From a virus (lineage: Duplodnaviria > Caudoviricetes), in the IMG/VR virus record IMGVR_UViG_3300024346_000016, positions 32,001 through 96,000 of that record: a stretch of 64,000 nucleotides of DNA; one strand, written 5' to 3'. Every line of letters begins with the position of its first letter. The stretch's first letter is position 1. Below are positions 19,801-28,621 of this stretch, piece after piece. The notes beneath the pieces were generated by a model. It saw nothing but the letters and a program-made list of their open reading frames with translations, was not told where the DNA came from and ran no database searches. A program made the position numbers and the translations under genes.

Positions 19801-22800
19801 ACCCAACACTAGCTGTAACGCAAGCTGGATATTTTGAGGACTACTTTATTTTTACTCCAAGTTATTTAAATAATGGCGTTATGACGCCTTGTGCAAGAAC
19901 GCAATATAGATTTTCCCAAATTAAAAAAGACTCTGTGTCTGGCATTGCTAAATCTATATTTAAAGGAATTAAGTTTGTATTTAAAGAGGTCGTGCAAGAT
20001 ACAGTGGAAAAGGAATTATCAGGGGCTCTTAAATACGTTAGAGAATCTAATCGTTTTAATAATTATCGCTTTACTTCAATCCTAAAGGTAATAGAAGAGA
20101 CACCATATTCTGGTGAAAATCCTATTCAATTTAAATTTATTGAATCTAAGGACTTTAAATTTATTACACTGGTTATTGAATTAAGAGTTGGTCGTAAATC
20201 AAATGCATTGGTTTCTAGTCCAAAGGAATTACTTGTAACTAAAACTGGTGGACTTTCTCAAAATGAACAACATGCATTTAATAATATATCATCATCATTT
20301 TCTGACTATAAACTTAATATAAATCAAATTAGTACTGCTAATGGGATTCTATCAATTTCTGATATTACCTTAGCATTTATGTATTATGCAAAAAACAAAA
20401 AGTATAATACGTTAGACGGCAGCTACAGTAGCATAAATCTAGTAAATAGTTTAGATTTATCAAGGCCGGCTGGCTATGGTGACAGAGGTTTACCATTTGT
20501 ATTTTCTTTAGATAAAGGCTCAGATATTCAAATTGTTGATGAGATTAGCAAAGTTAGTGTTAATAGCATGTTATCTTATAAGGACTCAGCCGCGCTTAAA
20601 GTATTTAGTACAGCTAATCCAGAAGAATTTACGCTAGATTTTCCAATTAATTCAAACGGACTCTTGTCAAGTGGAGAAGGTCAAGCCTTAACTACCATTA
20701 CTCTTCCTGGAGGAACTTCACAAGGAATTACTACAACTGAAAATAATGCATATGGTGCATCTGGGCTAAGTTTATATCCATTTATTAAAAACCGAATTAT
20801 TACATCAAACAGTATTAAAGAATCATTTGTTAACCAAACTGCAATAATTGGAAGTACTCTTAACCCAGCCGTAACTGCTAGTGTAGAAGGAGGTTCTTCG
20901 ATTATCACGCTAAGCTCAGCTCCAGCCACCGCAATTTTAATTGGATCTGAAGTTGAAATTGTTGGATGGAGTACGCCTGGAACCAGAGTCAATTCAGTTA
21001 ATGGCACAGCCGTAACCTTGTCTAAGGCAATTATATCAAATATACCAAATCAAAGCCAGCCTGCAGCTATTACATCTGGCTCAGTTGACATCTATTTACA
21101 AGCCGGCGCCAATTCAGAATTAGCATCATATGGTGATGCAACGGGTTTAAACTATAATGCGTCAAATAAAGTCTATGTAACAGGCACCGGTATTCCAGCC
21201 AATGCCTATGTAGTTAGCGTTAATAATGCTGCGCTTGACGCAAACGGCCAACTTATAACTAAAGTTACGTTATCAGCGGCTGCGACCTCAACTGGACCAG
21301 CTATTACTGTTAAATTTTTCCAAAAAAATACGGCAGCCCCTATTAATTTTTATCAAGCAGATATTAGCCATGCGCTTGCTACTCAAAACCGGGTAGCGTA
21401 TTCAGGCAGTACTTTATTAAACGTTATTGATATTTTAGAATTAAAAAATAAAGCCACTGGCGAAACCGGATATACCTATCCAAATGCACAAGTGCTGGCA
21501 TCAGAAACAAATTCAGCCTTTAATATTTTAGCTTATCCAGGAGATGTAACCAAGAAACTTCTTAGAATAATTAAGCAAACTATTTACAGATTATCAAATG
21601 AGTCTGGTATTTCGGAGATTTTGCCAAGCGGTGTTGTAATGAGGTCTGACTCTGGAATTGGTGAACTTACATTTACCAGTATTCCAACTGCACAAACTGT
21701 TTCAGGTGTAACAACCTTTAATCTTGATAAAATTATTAAAAGAGAATTAACTATCCCTGCTCTTGATACTAGCTATTGGGAATCAGTAAACTTTGCCCTT
21801 TTGCTTGGAGGAGAATCTTATTACAAAGGATTATTTAAAAGGTTAAGTTTCAATGAGTTTAAGAGATCAATTGATAGAGGCCGAGATAATGTAACCTATA
21901 CTACATATTCAAATGGGGTAAAAACAACTAGCGAATTCTATATTGAAATTGAAGAGGCAACTATGGTTGAAAAATTAAAAATACCAACAATTTCACCAGT
22001 TAATATCCAATTGACACAAGCTGAAACTACAAGTAAAAGACAGGCTTCAAACTTAGTTGGATATACTGCGGCTGAATCATATTTACAGAATCCTGTCTTC
22101 TTAAGAAGACACGGCTCAACATATTCGCCTATTTTTAGAGAAGTTACCGCATTTATGCCAGATACCACTCTAAATTCAGAAATAGTTAAGGATGCAAATT
22201 GTAAATTTAATCCAAGCGCAAATCGATTCTTTGAAGTAAAAGGATTTGAGCATATTAAAGTTTCAGAAAAGAAAATTCTAGAGTTAGAGGGTAGCGATAA
22301 GTATAAACCAATCTTTGAATTAATTGGAGAAACTCCAATATCAAACGGTGACCTTTATCTACTTGCATCAAATTGGGACTATGGCTTCCATTTAGAATAT
22401 ATTAATAAAACTGATTCTATTCCAGCATACGGCACTCGACGCATAGCCGAAGATTCTTATTTTATGGCTAAACTTGCATCGTTACCGACGTCTATTGAAA
22501 TCGATTCACTTTCTTCTAGCGAAATACTGGAGTTTCCATCGATTTCTGCTGACTATATTAATAGAGAGGCTGACGTTTTATACAAAGTAAACACTAGCGA
22601 CTCTCAAGTTGATATAAACTTAACTAATGTTTTTGCAGCAAAGGTCTTATCATTAGGCCTAGAATCTCAAATTTCAGGCAGCTTTAATATTGATACAACT
22701 GCTAGAAATCCAGAAATACTTGGATCATACGATTTTTCGTCATACGTTAAACAATATGCAATCGAGAACATTTTACCTAACTATGCAATTGACCAACTTG

Positions 22801-23006
22801 TATTCTGGTACATAGAAGATAAGAGCCAGCCGACTGGCCTTGAAATTATTACCAAAACCGCAGCAGAGCGCTATGCGTTAGGGTACAAGAAACTAGAAGG
22901 AGTCCAAATAAATATTAAAGACGGACGATCTGTTCAATTAAGAATTCCCTTAAAAACAACTGGTCGATTAAGTTTAATAATTGAACCAAAAATGAAATTT
23001 ATCTAA
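16884..23006 (+). CDS. Giant hypothetical virion protein (2040 aa)
   Basis: Uninterrupted ORF in the structural operon; internal Ala/Thr-rich pair of related beta modules at about 20850-21320. Confidence 0.55.
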   Translation: MPLSYKKITPFDTSFGLVRTNPKLTGNVKLVVDANQNLYFESIEASSELANDKYKAYPIDPTSNHDSNLYRFFSNGNTPESIVFGVKTNVALDSTSSNFADQYDFSEYFSGARYCISKNYSEKFKYFAPIYLNKEVPEKFVIFKIPGASHLPISETKASYPYAKAGHLKSILDDAQIIKTFDLGVDSHIGKYLKKMQSNPLFPSTTLNFPFNRGLLASYSGVAYKVGCYTEKFENLQDLIIGGKTITDFEEYVTLGYERNSVIYPNILNLEFLFDDTSDDFEFNRYFGIYCNTVDLAELDFDLSDHAALALNSPTITDPNTYEYAQTPFTQTNENGLDLKFYSIPASISSALSELDGAGIITIEDKLGNLHKVTQANILDSKLKISSKSIDLSLLHGPTETFMEDSADYTKGGIQSFIEISIDAIPNHLDQLRIYYPNGKATNQNSKRFETLTAVSNFSYNGSTLLGALALYNEYGPDQFYYSINVVQQEDLATQLQKIAESITEAINAIQNSGFKAFSYQNRIFIVVNTEGNVSLEYAAQYIPASSDLKITISEEPIFKKTAADLLGTSSSTTIDLTNSDYIVYGEASPSINQTNYSFGTLIAEAGVKTLTFGIGNLDQTDIIGCQVVNFKPGSALSSHISVEGQYFNKLHTNKADILVQSPSGWVEIENIVKSIDYINTNTFTSEADKIKAVDYYDNNINVLTENGTEALLKFGLVQFKKKYKPTISALSIIPIKDFDFDHTDSQYSSTQLSDVWKSAFIPEGINMINLGKSAYRVLNGSIKIGTSTYSDGDLIEKTVLPTVVKFEAINGDPFVIPALSLTTPTYDVELAEATPDILDFKGFFTITSDYAEVSPSKTVSYIYRDRFTSGKITSEYDSNYERFLIENAGKNRLVKYICKWGADGSLDSRSNPYRLNADLVFGVNNFSPEPNKVEPDSSLMTHEWFYIESLYDYINDITAASQNKLYFDTPFNPTLAVTQAGYFEDYFIFTPSYLNNGVMTPCARTQYRFSQIKKDSVSGIAKSIFKGIKFVFKEVVQDTVEKELSGALKYVRESNRFNNYRFTSILKVIEETPYSGENPIQFKFIESKDFKFITLVIELRVGRKSNALVSSPKELLVTKTGGLSQNEQHAFNNISSSFSDYKLNINQISTANGILSISDITLAFMYYAKNKKYNTLDGSYSSINLVNSLDLSRPAGYGDRGLPFVFSLDKGSDIQIVDEISKVSVNSMLSYKDSAALKVFSTANPEEFTLDFPINSNGLLSSGEGQALTTITLPGGTSQGITTTENNAYGASGLSLYPFIKNRIITSNSIKESFVNQTAIIGSTLNPAVTASVEGGSSIITLSSAPATAILIGSEVEIVGWSTPGTRVNSVNGTAVTLSKAIISNIPNQSQPAAITSGSVDIYLQAGANSELASYGDATGLNYNASNKVYVTGTGIPANAYVVSVNNAALDANGQLITKVTLSAAATSTGPAITVKFFQKNTAAPINFYQADISHALATQNRVAYSGSTLLNVIDILELKNKATGETGYTYPNAQVLASETNSAFNILAYPGDVTKKLLRIIKQTIYRLSNESGISEILPSGVVMRSDSGIGELTFTSIPTAQTVSGVTTFNLDKIIKRELTIPALDTSYWESVNFALLLGGESYYKGLFKRLSFNEFKRSIDRGRDNVTYTTYSNGVKTTSEFYIEIEEATMVEKLKIPTISPVNIQLTQAETTSKRQASNLVGYTAAESYLQNPVFLRRHGSTYSPIFREVTAFMPDTTLNSEIVKDANCKFNPSANRFFEVKGFEHIKVSEKKILELEGSDKYKPIFELIGETPISNGDLYLLASNWDYGFHLEYINKTDSIPAYGTRRIAEDSYFMAKLASLPTSIEIDSLSSSEILEFPSISADYINREADVLYKVNTSDSQVDINLTNVFAAKVLSLGLESQISGSFNIDTTARNPEILGSYDFSSYVKQYAIENILPNYAIDQLVFWYIEDKSQPTGLEIITKTAAERYALGYKKLEGVQINIKDGRSVQLRIPLKTTGRLSLIIEPKMKFI

Positions 23007-23008
23007 AG

Positions 23009-24622
23009 ATGCCAGCACAATTAAATCTTAAAGAGGTTTTTACAACAGATAGCCAAGCCGTATTGTCAGACAAACTAAATTTTAACTTTACTAAGTTAAT
23101 TGAATTAGGAATCGGCGATATTGGCCCAAGCGGCCCTGCCGGTGCGATAGGCGGAATCGGCCCAGCCGGTCAAGTTGGACCTAGAGGAGCAAAGGGCTCT
23201 AGAATATTTAGTGGAACAGACCAAACCACCAACACAACTGCCATTGTTGACGATATTTTTATTACAACCGGCGGAAGATTCTATACTAAAACTACGACGG
23301 CGTGGTCTCAAATATTTAACATAAACGATCTTTTAGCAGTATCGACTGAGTTCTTTTTAAATAAACAATTATTTACAATTAGTGACACTGATACTACCTT
23401 TACTGCAAGTACTAAAAAGAAAAATTATGGAATAGTAAGATTTTTAAAAAATGCTGGAGCAGACTTAGCTGTCGTCAACCCGGATGGAATAAATTATGGA
23501 AGTTCTGCATCAACTTATAATAACTCAACCCTATTTTTAAATAACTTTGATTTAGACAAATACCAAGCTAACTTTGTTGCAAACGGAAGTGTTGATGCAC
23601 TAATTACTGATGTTAGTAAAGCAATTACAACAATATATTCAAATTTTGTAACCACATCAGATGAATCAGCTAGTAGATATCACATTCAATTAGGTTCTTT
23701 GTATAAATTGCCAAACGGTCAACATCAGATGAGTTTTTCTGAGAATAACCTTAGAATAAAGCACGCGCTAATAAACAATACGTCTGCTAGTCCAGCTGTT
23801 TCTTACTTTCTGTCAGAATTTAATGTAGGTGGAGATTCATCGTATACCAATTCAGTTAATGGTGCAACATCAGCCTTTAAGTTTAGAGCATCTCAAATGG
23901 ATGGATCTGCCCACAATGGAGTTACACTATACACTGGAGGATCTTCTGCAATTAAAAGTTTTGCTGAAAATGACGCGGTATTTGATATAAATGGACTTTT
24001 GCTTGAACGCGCAACTGCTTCTGGTAAAACTCGGCTTGCGTTTGGAATAGACTCGTTAAACACAGCTCATATTATTACAAAAACTTCGTTTGACATTTGC
24101 GCAACTGGTGATATTTCGATTGGAGTATTTGGAACCGCATTGGGTGATACTAAACAAATTATCGCTAAGCGATTTGGCGCAACTGAAAAAACAACTGCTC
24201 TTGGTGTTGGAGGTACCCCCAATTCATCATTAACTGTATATGGAACTAAGAGTATAGCATCGGCAGTTTCCGATACCCGATATTTGGCAGACCAAGTTAA
24301 CCTTGGAACAATGACCAAAAATAGTTTACCTTTGTCTGGTAGCGGACTAACCGAATTATTTGTACCAAGGCAGCCAAATTTAAGTGTTAACGGTAGTGCT
24401 GCAACAGCGGCTGGCCTCGCAAGTTATTTAGGATTTAATTCATATTTTGATGATAATGGAAATATGAACTTTACATATAGAGATGATAGTCCGGCAGGTA
24501 CGTCTGGAACAGGTTCAGCTTTTATTACAACCCGAGATGGTAGCATGCACTTTGTTGCATATTCAAATGATCCAGCTCTAGTTGATACTAACTCCGGATC
24601 AAATTCAAACGAATCAGTATAA
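23009..24622 (+). CDS. Fibre protein with short collagen-like Gly-X-Y stretch
   Basis: Ten triplets GDI GPS GPA GAI GGI GPA GQV GPR GAK GSR (23114-23203) after an N-terminal KLNFNFTKL motif. Confidence 0.65.
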   Translation: MPAQLNLKEVFTTDSQAVLSDKLNFNFTKLIELGIGDIGPSGPAGAIGGIGPAGQVGPRGAKGSRIFSGTDQTTNTTAIVDDIFITTGGRFYTKTTTAWSQIFNINDLLAVSTEFFLNKQLFTISDTDTTFTASTKKKNYGIVRFLKNAGADLAVVNPDGINYGSSASTYNNSTLFLNNFDLDKYQANFVANGSVDALITDVSKAITTIYSNFVTTSDESASRYHIQLGSLYKLPNGQHQMSFSENNLRIKHALINNTSASPAVSYFLSEFNVGGDSSYTNSVNGATSAFKFRASQMDGSAHNGVTLYTGGSSAIKSFAENDAVFDINGLLLERATASGKTRLAFGIDSLNTAHIITKTSFDICATGDISIGVFGTALGDTKQIIAKRFGATEKTTALGVGGTPNSSLTVYGTKSIASAVSDTRYLADQVNLGTMTKNSLPLSGSGLTELFVPRQPNLSVNGSAATAAGLASYLGFNSYFDDNGNMNFTYRDDSPAGTSGTGSAFITTRDGSMHFVAYSNDPALVDTNSGSNSNESV

Positions 24623-24636
24623 AATATACATAACAC

Positions 24637-25665
24637 ATGAAAACATTAAGTTTATCAAATATACTTAAAGCAGTTAAGTTTACCGTTACCAGAGATGGAA
24701 GAATGGCGGCTGGAAAATTTAACTATTATGAAGATGCAACAATGGATGCAGTTCTTTCTAATCCAACTTCGCACTTCATGCTTAATGGATCGCTGAGCTT
24801 ACCAAATGTTGCATACTTCGGCAGTGAAAAATCAGGCCTATTGGAACTAACTAACGGTCATTATGGAGTATATGTTGGATCAACTAGTGCAATTACCGGT
24901 ATTACTTTACCAGAACCTACGGCAAGTGTTTTACACAGAACCTATGTTTTAACTAACCAAAAAAGTTCTACCCTTGCTGTTAAATTTACAAGTGGAGGAA
25001 CCGAAACAACTGTAGTTACACTATCGGCCCTGCCTTCAACTAGCGCGGCAATTACAACAGTTGCAAATTTACCAATTAATTCAGTTGTAGTTCAGTGTCA
25101 ACGTACATCACGTGCCTTAGCTACTCCTCAGACCTATACTTGGAGAATTATTTCTGCAAACTATGCGCCAGCGGTTGGAGCATCTGCATCAGCTGCTACA
25201 TATAATGGCGGTATTTTTAAAGTAAATCTTCTTAAAACAAACCTGTCGTCGATTTCATCGAGCACACTATCTCAATATATTACAATTACACTAAACGGAG
25301 CTTCGGGTATTCCGCAATCGGGTAACTCTAATCAAATTATTAGAAAATTTACAAGTGGTCAAAATGTAAGTGTATCAGTATCTTCATCTCTTCCTTCTGG
25401 ATATTCGTTTTCGTATTGGCAAAAGAAGTCGCCATTACCGGTTGGTACAATTTCAGCAAGTCAGCCATTTACTCAAGAATTAGCAAATGCGATTACAGTA
25501 GACAACCTAACTATTACTGAGATTGACCTAGTGTTTAGCTATACGGCGCCGGTTACAAGTCAAACTTATACATATAGTGGCGGAGGTGGATCTTACAGTT
25601 ACAGCAGTGGAGGTTCTGGTCAATACTCTGGCGGCGGCTATAATAATGAGTACATGTATTCATAG
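24637..25665 (+). CDS. Virion fibre-associated protein with repeat-like domain and Gly/Ser/Tyr tail
   Basis: PSGYSFSYW resembles InlB-B/Flg_new-type repeats; ends YTYSGGGGSYSYSSGGSGQYSGGGYNNEYMYS. Confidence 0.5.
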   Translation: MKTLSLSNILKAVKFTVTRDGRMAAGKFNYYEDATMDAVLSNPTSHFMLNGSLSLPNVAYFGSEKSGLLELTNGHYGVYVGSTSAITGITLPEPTASVLHRTYVLTNQKSSTLAVKFTSGGTETTVVTLSALPSTSAAITTVANLPINSVVVQCQRTSRALATPQTYTWRIISANYAPAVGASASAATYNGGIFKVNLLKTNLSSISSSTLSQYITITLNGASGIPQSGNSNQIIRKFTSGQNVSVSVSSSLPSGYSFSYWQKKSPLPVGTISASQPFTQELANAITVDNLTITEIDLVFSYTAPVTSQTYTYSGGGGSYSYSSGGSGQYSGGGYNNEYMYS

Positions 25666-25668
25666 CAG

Positions 25669-26469
25669 TTAAGTTAAGGATCTAAGCTTATACGGGATCA
25701 CCTGGCCTCTTTCTAACATGGACTTAATATCCAATAAGATGTTTGAATTGAAGCCACTAGAGTGATTCAGAAGTTTATTAGCAACAATCGTAGCTAACGC
25801 TAGTTCAAATAGAGTTTCGTCTTTAATTTTCTTTACTGAAGATAATACCATGACATTTTTCTTAGCTGAAAAATCTGTAATTTCTGGCTTAACTTGGCCT
25901 AATAGTTCGCTAAATTCGCCGTCTTCACATGAAAATTCGTTTATTTCAATTAGGTGATTTGCTTTAATCAAAAAGGGTACGCCTTTATCTTTAGTAATTT
26001 TCCAAATATGATTAAGTTTAGCTTTATTTTGTGTAGTTGCGACATAAATCGAATCTAACTTGTGAAATTTTGCTGAATTAAAGTAGAGTCTAGTGTAAGC
26101 CAGTCTATCTAACATAATATCTAAATATTCAGTAAGAACTTCTGCTAAAATGGTTGACGACATTCTTAAGATTTCCCCGCCATACTCTTCCCTGTTTCGG
26201 GTTAAAGATGCAATAATTTCCATTACGTGACGATCGTCCTTTTTAAAATTATAGGCAGAGTCGAAAACTCCCTTATCAACAATAACTGTATTTAAATTTA
26301 GGTAGTGAAATAGGATTTCGTGGAATCTAGTAAAAGATCCAGCTTTAAGATCCGCAAGATACTTTTGTTTAGCACCAAGCATAACGTAATTATAATATTC
26401 AAGGTCAACATATTTAGAATTTGCCAGCCATAGTGGATCCAGGCCTGGCACATTTAGGTTAGTCTTCAT
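25669..26469 (-). CDS. Hypothetical protein, late-expressed, on the opposite strand
   Basis: 266-aa ORF exactly filling the gap between plus-strand genes, with its own AATAAATA promoter. Confidence 0.7.
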   Translation of the reverse strand: MKTNLNVPGLDPLWLANSKYVDLEYYNYVMLGAKQKYLADLKAGSFTRFHEILFHYLNLNTVIVDKGVFDSAYNFKKDDRHVMEIIASLTRNREEYGGEILRMSSTILAEVLTEYLDIMLDRLAYTRLYFNSAKFHKLDSIYVATTQNKAKLNHIWKITKDKGVPFLIKANHLIEINEFSCEDGEFSELLGQVKPEITDFSAKKNVMVLSSVKKIKDETLFELALATIVANKLLNHSSGFNSNILLDIKSMLERGQVIPYKLRSLT

Positions 26470-26488
26470 GGTGCCGAATCTTTATTGA

Positions 26489-26496
26489 TATTTATT
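26489..26496 (-). promoter_or_regulatory. Late promoter AATAAATA (leftward)
   Basis: TATTTATT on the plus strand, 19 nt upstream of the ATG at 26469. Confidence 0.6.
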
Positions 26497-26521
26497 TAAG
26501 TTAGCGACCAGGCTAAACTTG

Positions 26522-26529
26522 GATAAATA
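26522..26529 (+). promoter_or_regulatory. Late promoter GATAAATA (rightward)
   Basis: 20 nt upstream of the neck gene ATG. Confidence 0.62.
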
Positions 26530-26549
26530 AAAAGAAAGCGCCATCTGTA

Positions 26550-28613
26550 ATGCAGACAGTTACCCTAAAGCTTATTCCGGAGACTTCCAAATCAAGTCTG
26601 ACATTCAGCAGTAACTATAGACTATTTTCAACAAAGGACCCTTTACCTGGAGCCTATTCGATTACAAGTTTTACTGACGATGTTGACTTAAATGGCAATA
26701 ACCAAACCTATCTAAGTAAAAAATTTAGATATTCAACAGATCGTGGAAACTGGTCTCTGTGGTACGATATTGCAGACATTGCCGCACTTGCTTTTAATAA
26801 TGCTGATCTATTTGTTGAATTAAAATATGAATATAATAATACAACTAGGAATCAGCTTACTAATCCAATTGTTGTAAATGAAATTAAATTTAAAATTGTT
26901 GCAGCAGATTCTGTTCCAAGCCTATTTACACCAAGCATAGTTTGTAGCGATGAGGTTTGTCCAGCTCTTATTTCAACTGGCACCATGTCGTTTAATCCAT
27001 ATGCGGCAGACCAGGCCGTAAATATTTTTAAACAATTAAGCTTTAATACTAACAAATTATTTGGACATGAGGTTGTTTACTTTAAAACCGAACCAGATAG
27101 AGACTCTGCGGACTACGTGTTCAAGGAGTGGACTCTATTCAAAACAATTAGCAGAAAATGCATTAAGGTGCTTGTACCCGGAAATAAATTTCCAGATAAT
27201 AAGCCTACATACGCAGAGTTTGGTGTGGATTTTGAAATGCCATTCGAAATCCATATTGATAACCAATATTTCCAAACGATCTTTGGAGCAGCGTCGAATC
27301 CTCGCAAAAAGGATTTCCTCTATTTTCCATTAACTAACAGAATGTATGAGATTCAGGGTACATACCTATATCGCGGAATTATGCAGGAGCCAGTTTATTG
27401 GAAAATTCAATTGGTTAAGTTTCAGCCAAATATTGATATGATGATGAAAGCAGAAGACCGAACTTTCTTAGATAATATTATTACAAGTACAGATGAATTA
27501 TTTGCAGATCAAATGATTGACGAAGTTAAGGATGCAACAATGCCCCAGCAATTTAAAACAATTTCAACCCGTTTTGATGAAACTCGTAAGGCACTACACC
27601 CAGATCTCAAAATCAAGCAATTGACCCTAACCTACAACTATTCTCCACTAATTCAATATTATTATGAAAGTAAGAGTGTACCGAGCTTACCTATTACAGT
27701 TATACCCAAAACCTCAAATTTTACAAAAGATTCGGTTAAATATGAAGATGCTGCAACCAAATATACTTTAATTGCATATGAAGAATCTGAACTATTTTCA
27801 CTATGGGCTGGCTATAAATTAACAACATATGACTTAAGTAATGGAGCGCCAATTAAAATTAGAGGTCCATATAATTCAAACGATCCACTGCTTGGCCGAT
27901 ATATTAAAATTGACAGATATGCTGACTCTAATTTCTTTACGCCAAACCAATTAGCGTTTGAACCAGATACAAATAGCCGTGTACATATTTTAACCAGAGA
28001 CTATAGCGTTGTCTATAATGAAATTGGAAAATTAGGAGAAGACAAATCTAATATGACTTACTTTGCGCTATTTAAAATTAATGCCCTAACCGATTCAATT
28101 AGTTTTATTGATGCATACGATAATAATTTATCACAAGGATTAAAGTTAGATGGTACTTCAATTGCAATTAATAATTCAACTGATAAAAACGTTTCAATTA
28201 GGCTTGAAATAAATTCGACCTTAACTCAATTTAATACAGTTAGATTAGAAATCGATAAGTGGTATGCCATATTTGTGCCAGTATCTAGTCAATTTAAGCA
28301 AACTGCCCTAACTATATATGGATTTAATCAGGATCCAGCGAATTTAAATAATTTTAATGATATTTCTCAAATCCATAATTCAGCAAAAACCTTGACTGGT
28401 GCAAGTTCATTTAGTTTTTCAATTAACGAAAACTTTAGACTAGTATCATCACCAATTGATATTGCAAATATACGACTCTTTAATACAATGGTTCAAGAGG
28501 AGGACCATGATTTTGTAATTAGTCAGTTATTCATTAAAGATGAATCAATTTTACGTATAATTGATAACTGCCGTCCAAGATTAAATATTCCTTATATTGG
28601 TATAAACAGATAA
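26550..28613 (+). CDS. T4 gp14-like neck/head-completion protein with N- and C-terminal extensions
   Basis: FGHEVVYF..YVFKEW..FGVDFEMPFEIHID..PRKKDFLYFPLTNRMYEI resembles the gp14 core; the C-terminal part looks LamG-like (DKWYAIFV..IANIRLFN). Confidence 0.65.
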   Translation: MQTVTLKLIPETSKSSLTFSSNYRLFSTKDPLPGAYSITSFTDDVDLNGNNQTYLSKKFRYSTDRGNWSLWYDIADIAALAFNNADLFVELKYEYNNTTRNQLTNPIVVNEIKFKIVAADSVPSLFTPSIVCSDEVCPALISTGTMSFNPYAADQAVNIFKQLSFNTNKLFGHEVVYFKTEPDRDSADYVFKEWTLFKTISRKCIKVLVPGNKFPDNKPTYAEFGVDFEMPFEIHIDNQYFQTIFGAASNPRKKDFLYFPLTNRMYEIQGTYLYRGIMQEPVYWKIQLVKFQPNIDMMMKAEDRTFLDNIITSTDELFADQMIDEVKDATMPQQFKTISTRFDETRKALHPDLKIKQLTLTYNYSPLIQYYYESKSVPSLPITVIPKTSNFTKDSVKYEDAATKYTLIAYEESELFSLWAGYKLTTYDLSNGAPIKIRGPYNSNDPLLGRYIKIDRYADSNFFTPNQLAFEPDTNSRVHILTRDYSVVYNEIGKLGEDKSNMTYFALFKINALTDSISFIDAYDNNLSQGLKLDGTSIAINNSTDKNVSIRLEINSTLTQFNTVRLEIDKWYAIFVPVSSQFKQTALTIYGFNQDPANLNNFNDISQIHNSAKTLTGASSFSFSINENFRLVSSPIDIANIRLFNTMVQEEDHDFVISQLFIKDESILRIIDNCRPRLNIPYIGINR

Positions 28614-28621
28614 CATAAACT

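Noticed and set aside
24600-24660. Frameshifted single gene across the 23009 and 24637 ORFs
   Set aside because: No slippery sequence seen; the second ORF has a normal A-rich leader and ATG.
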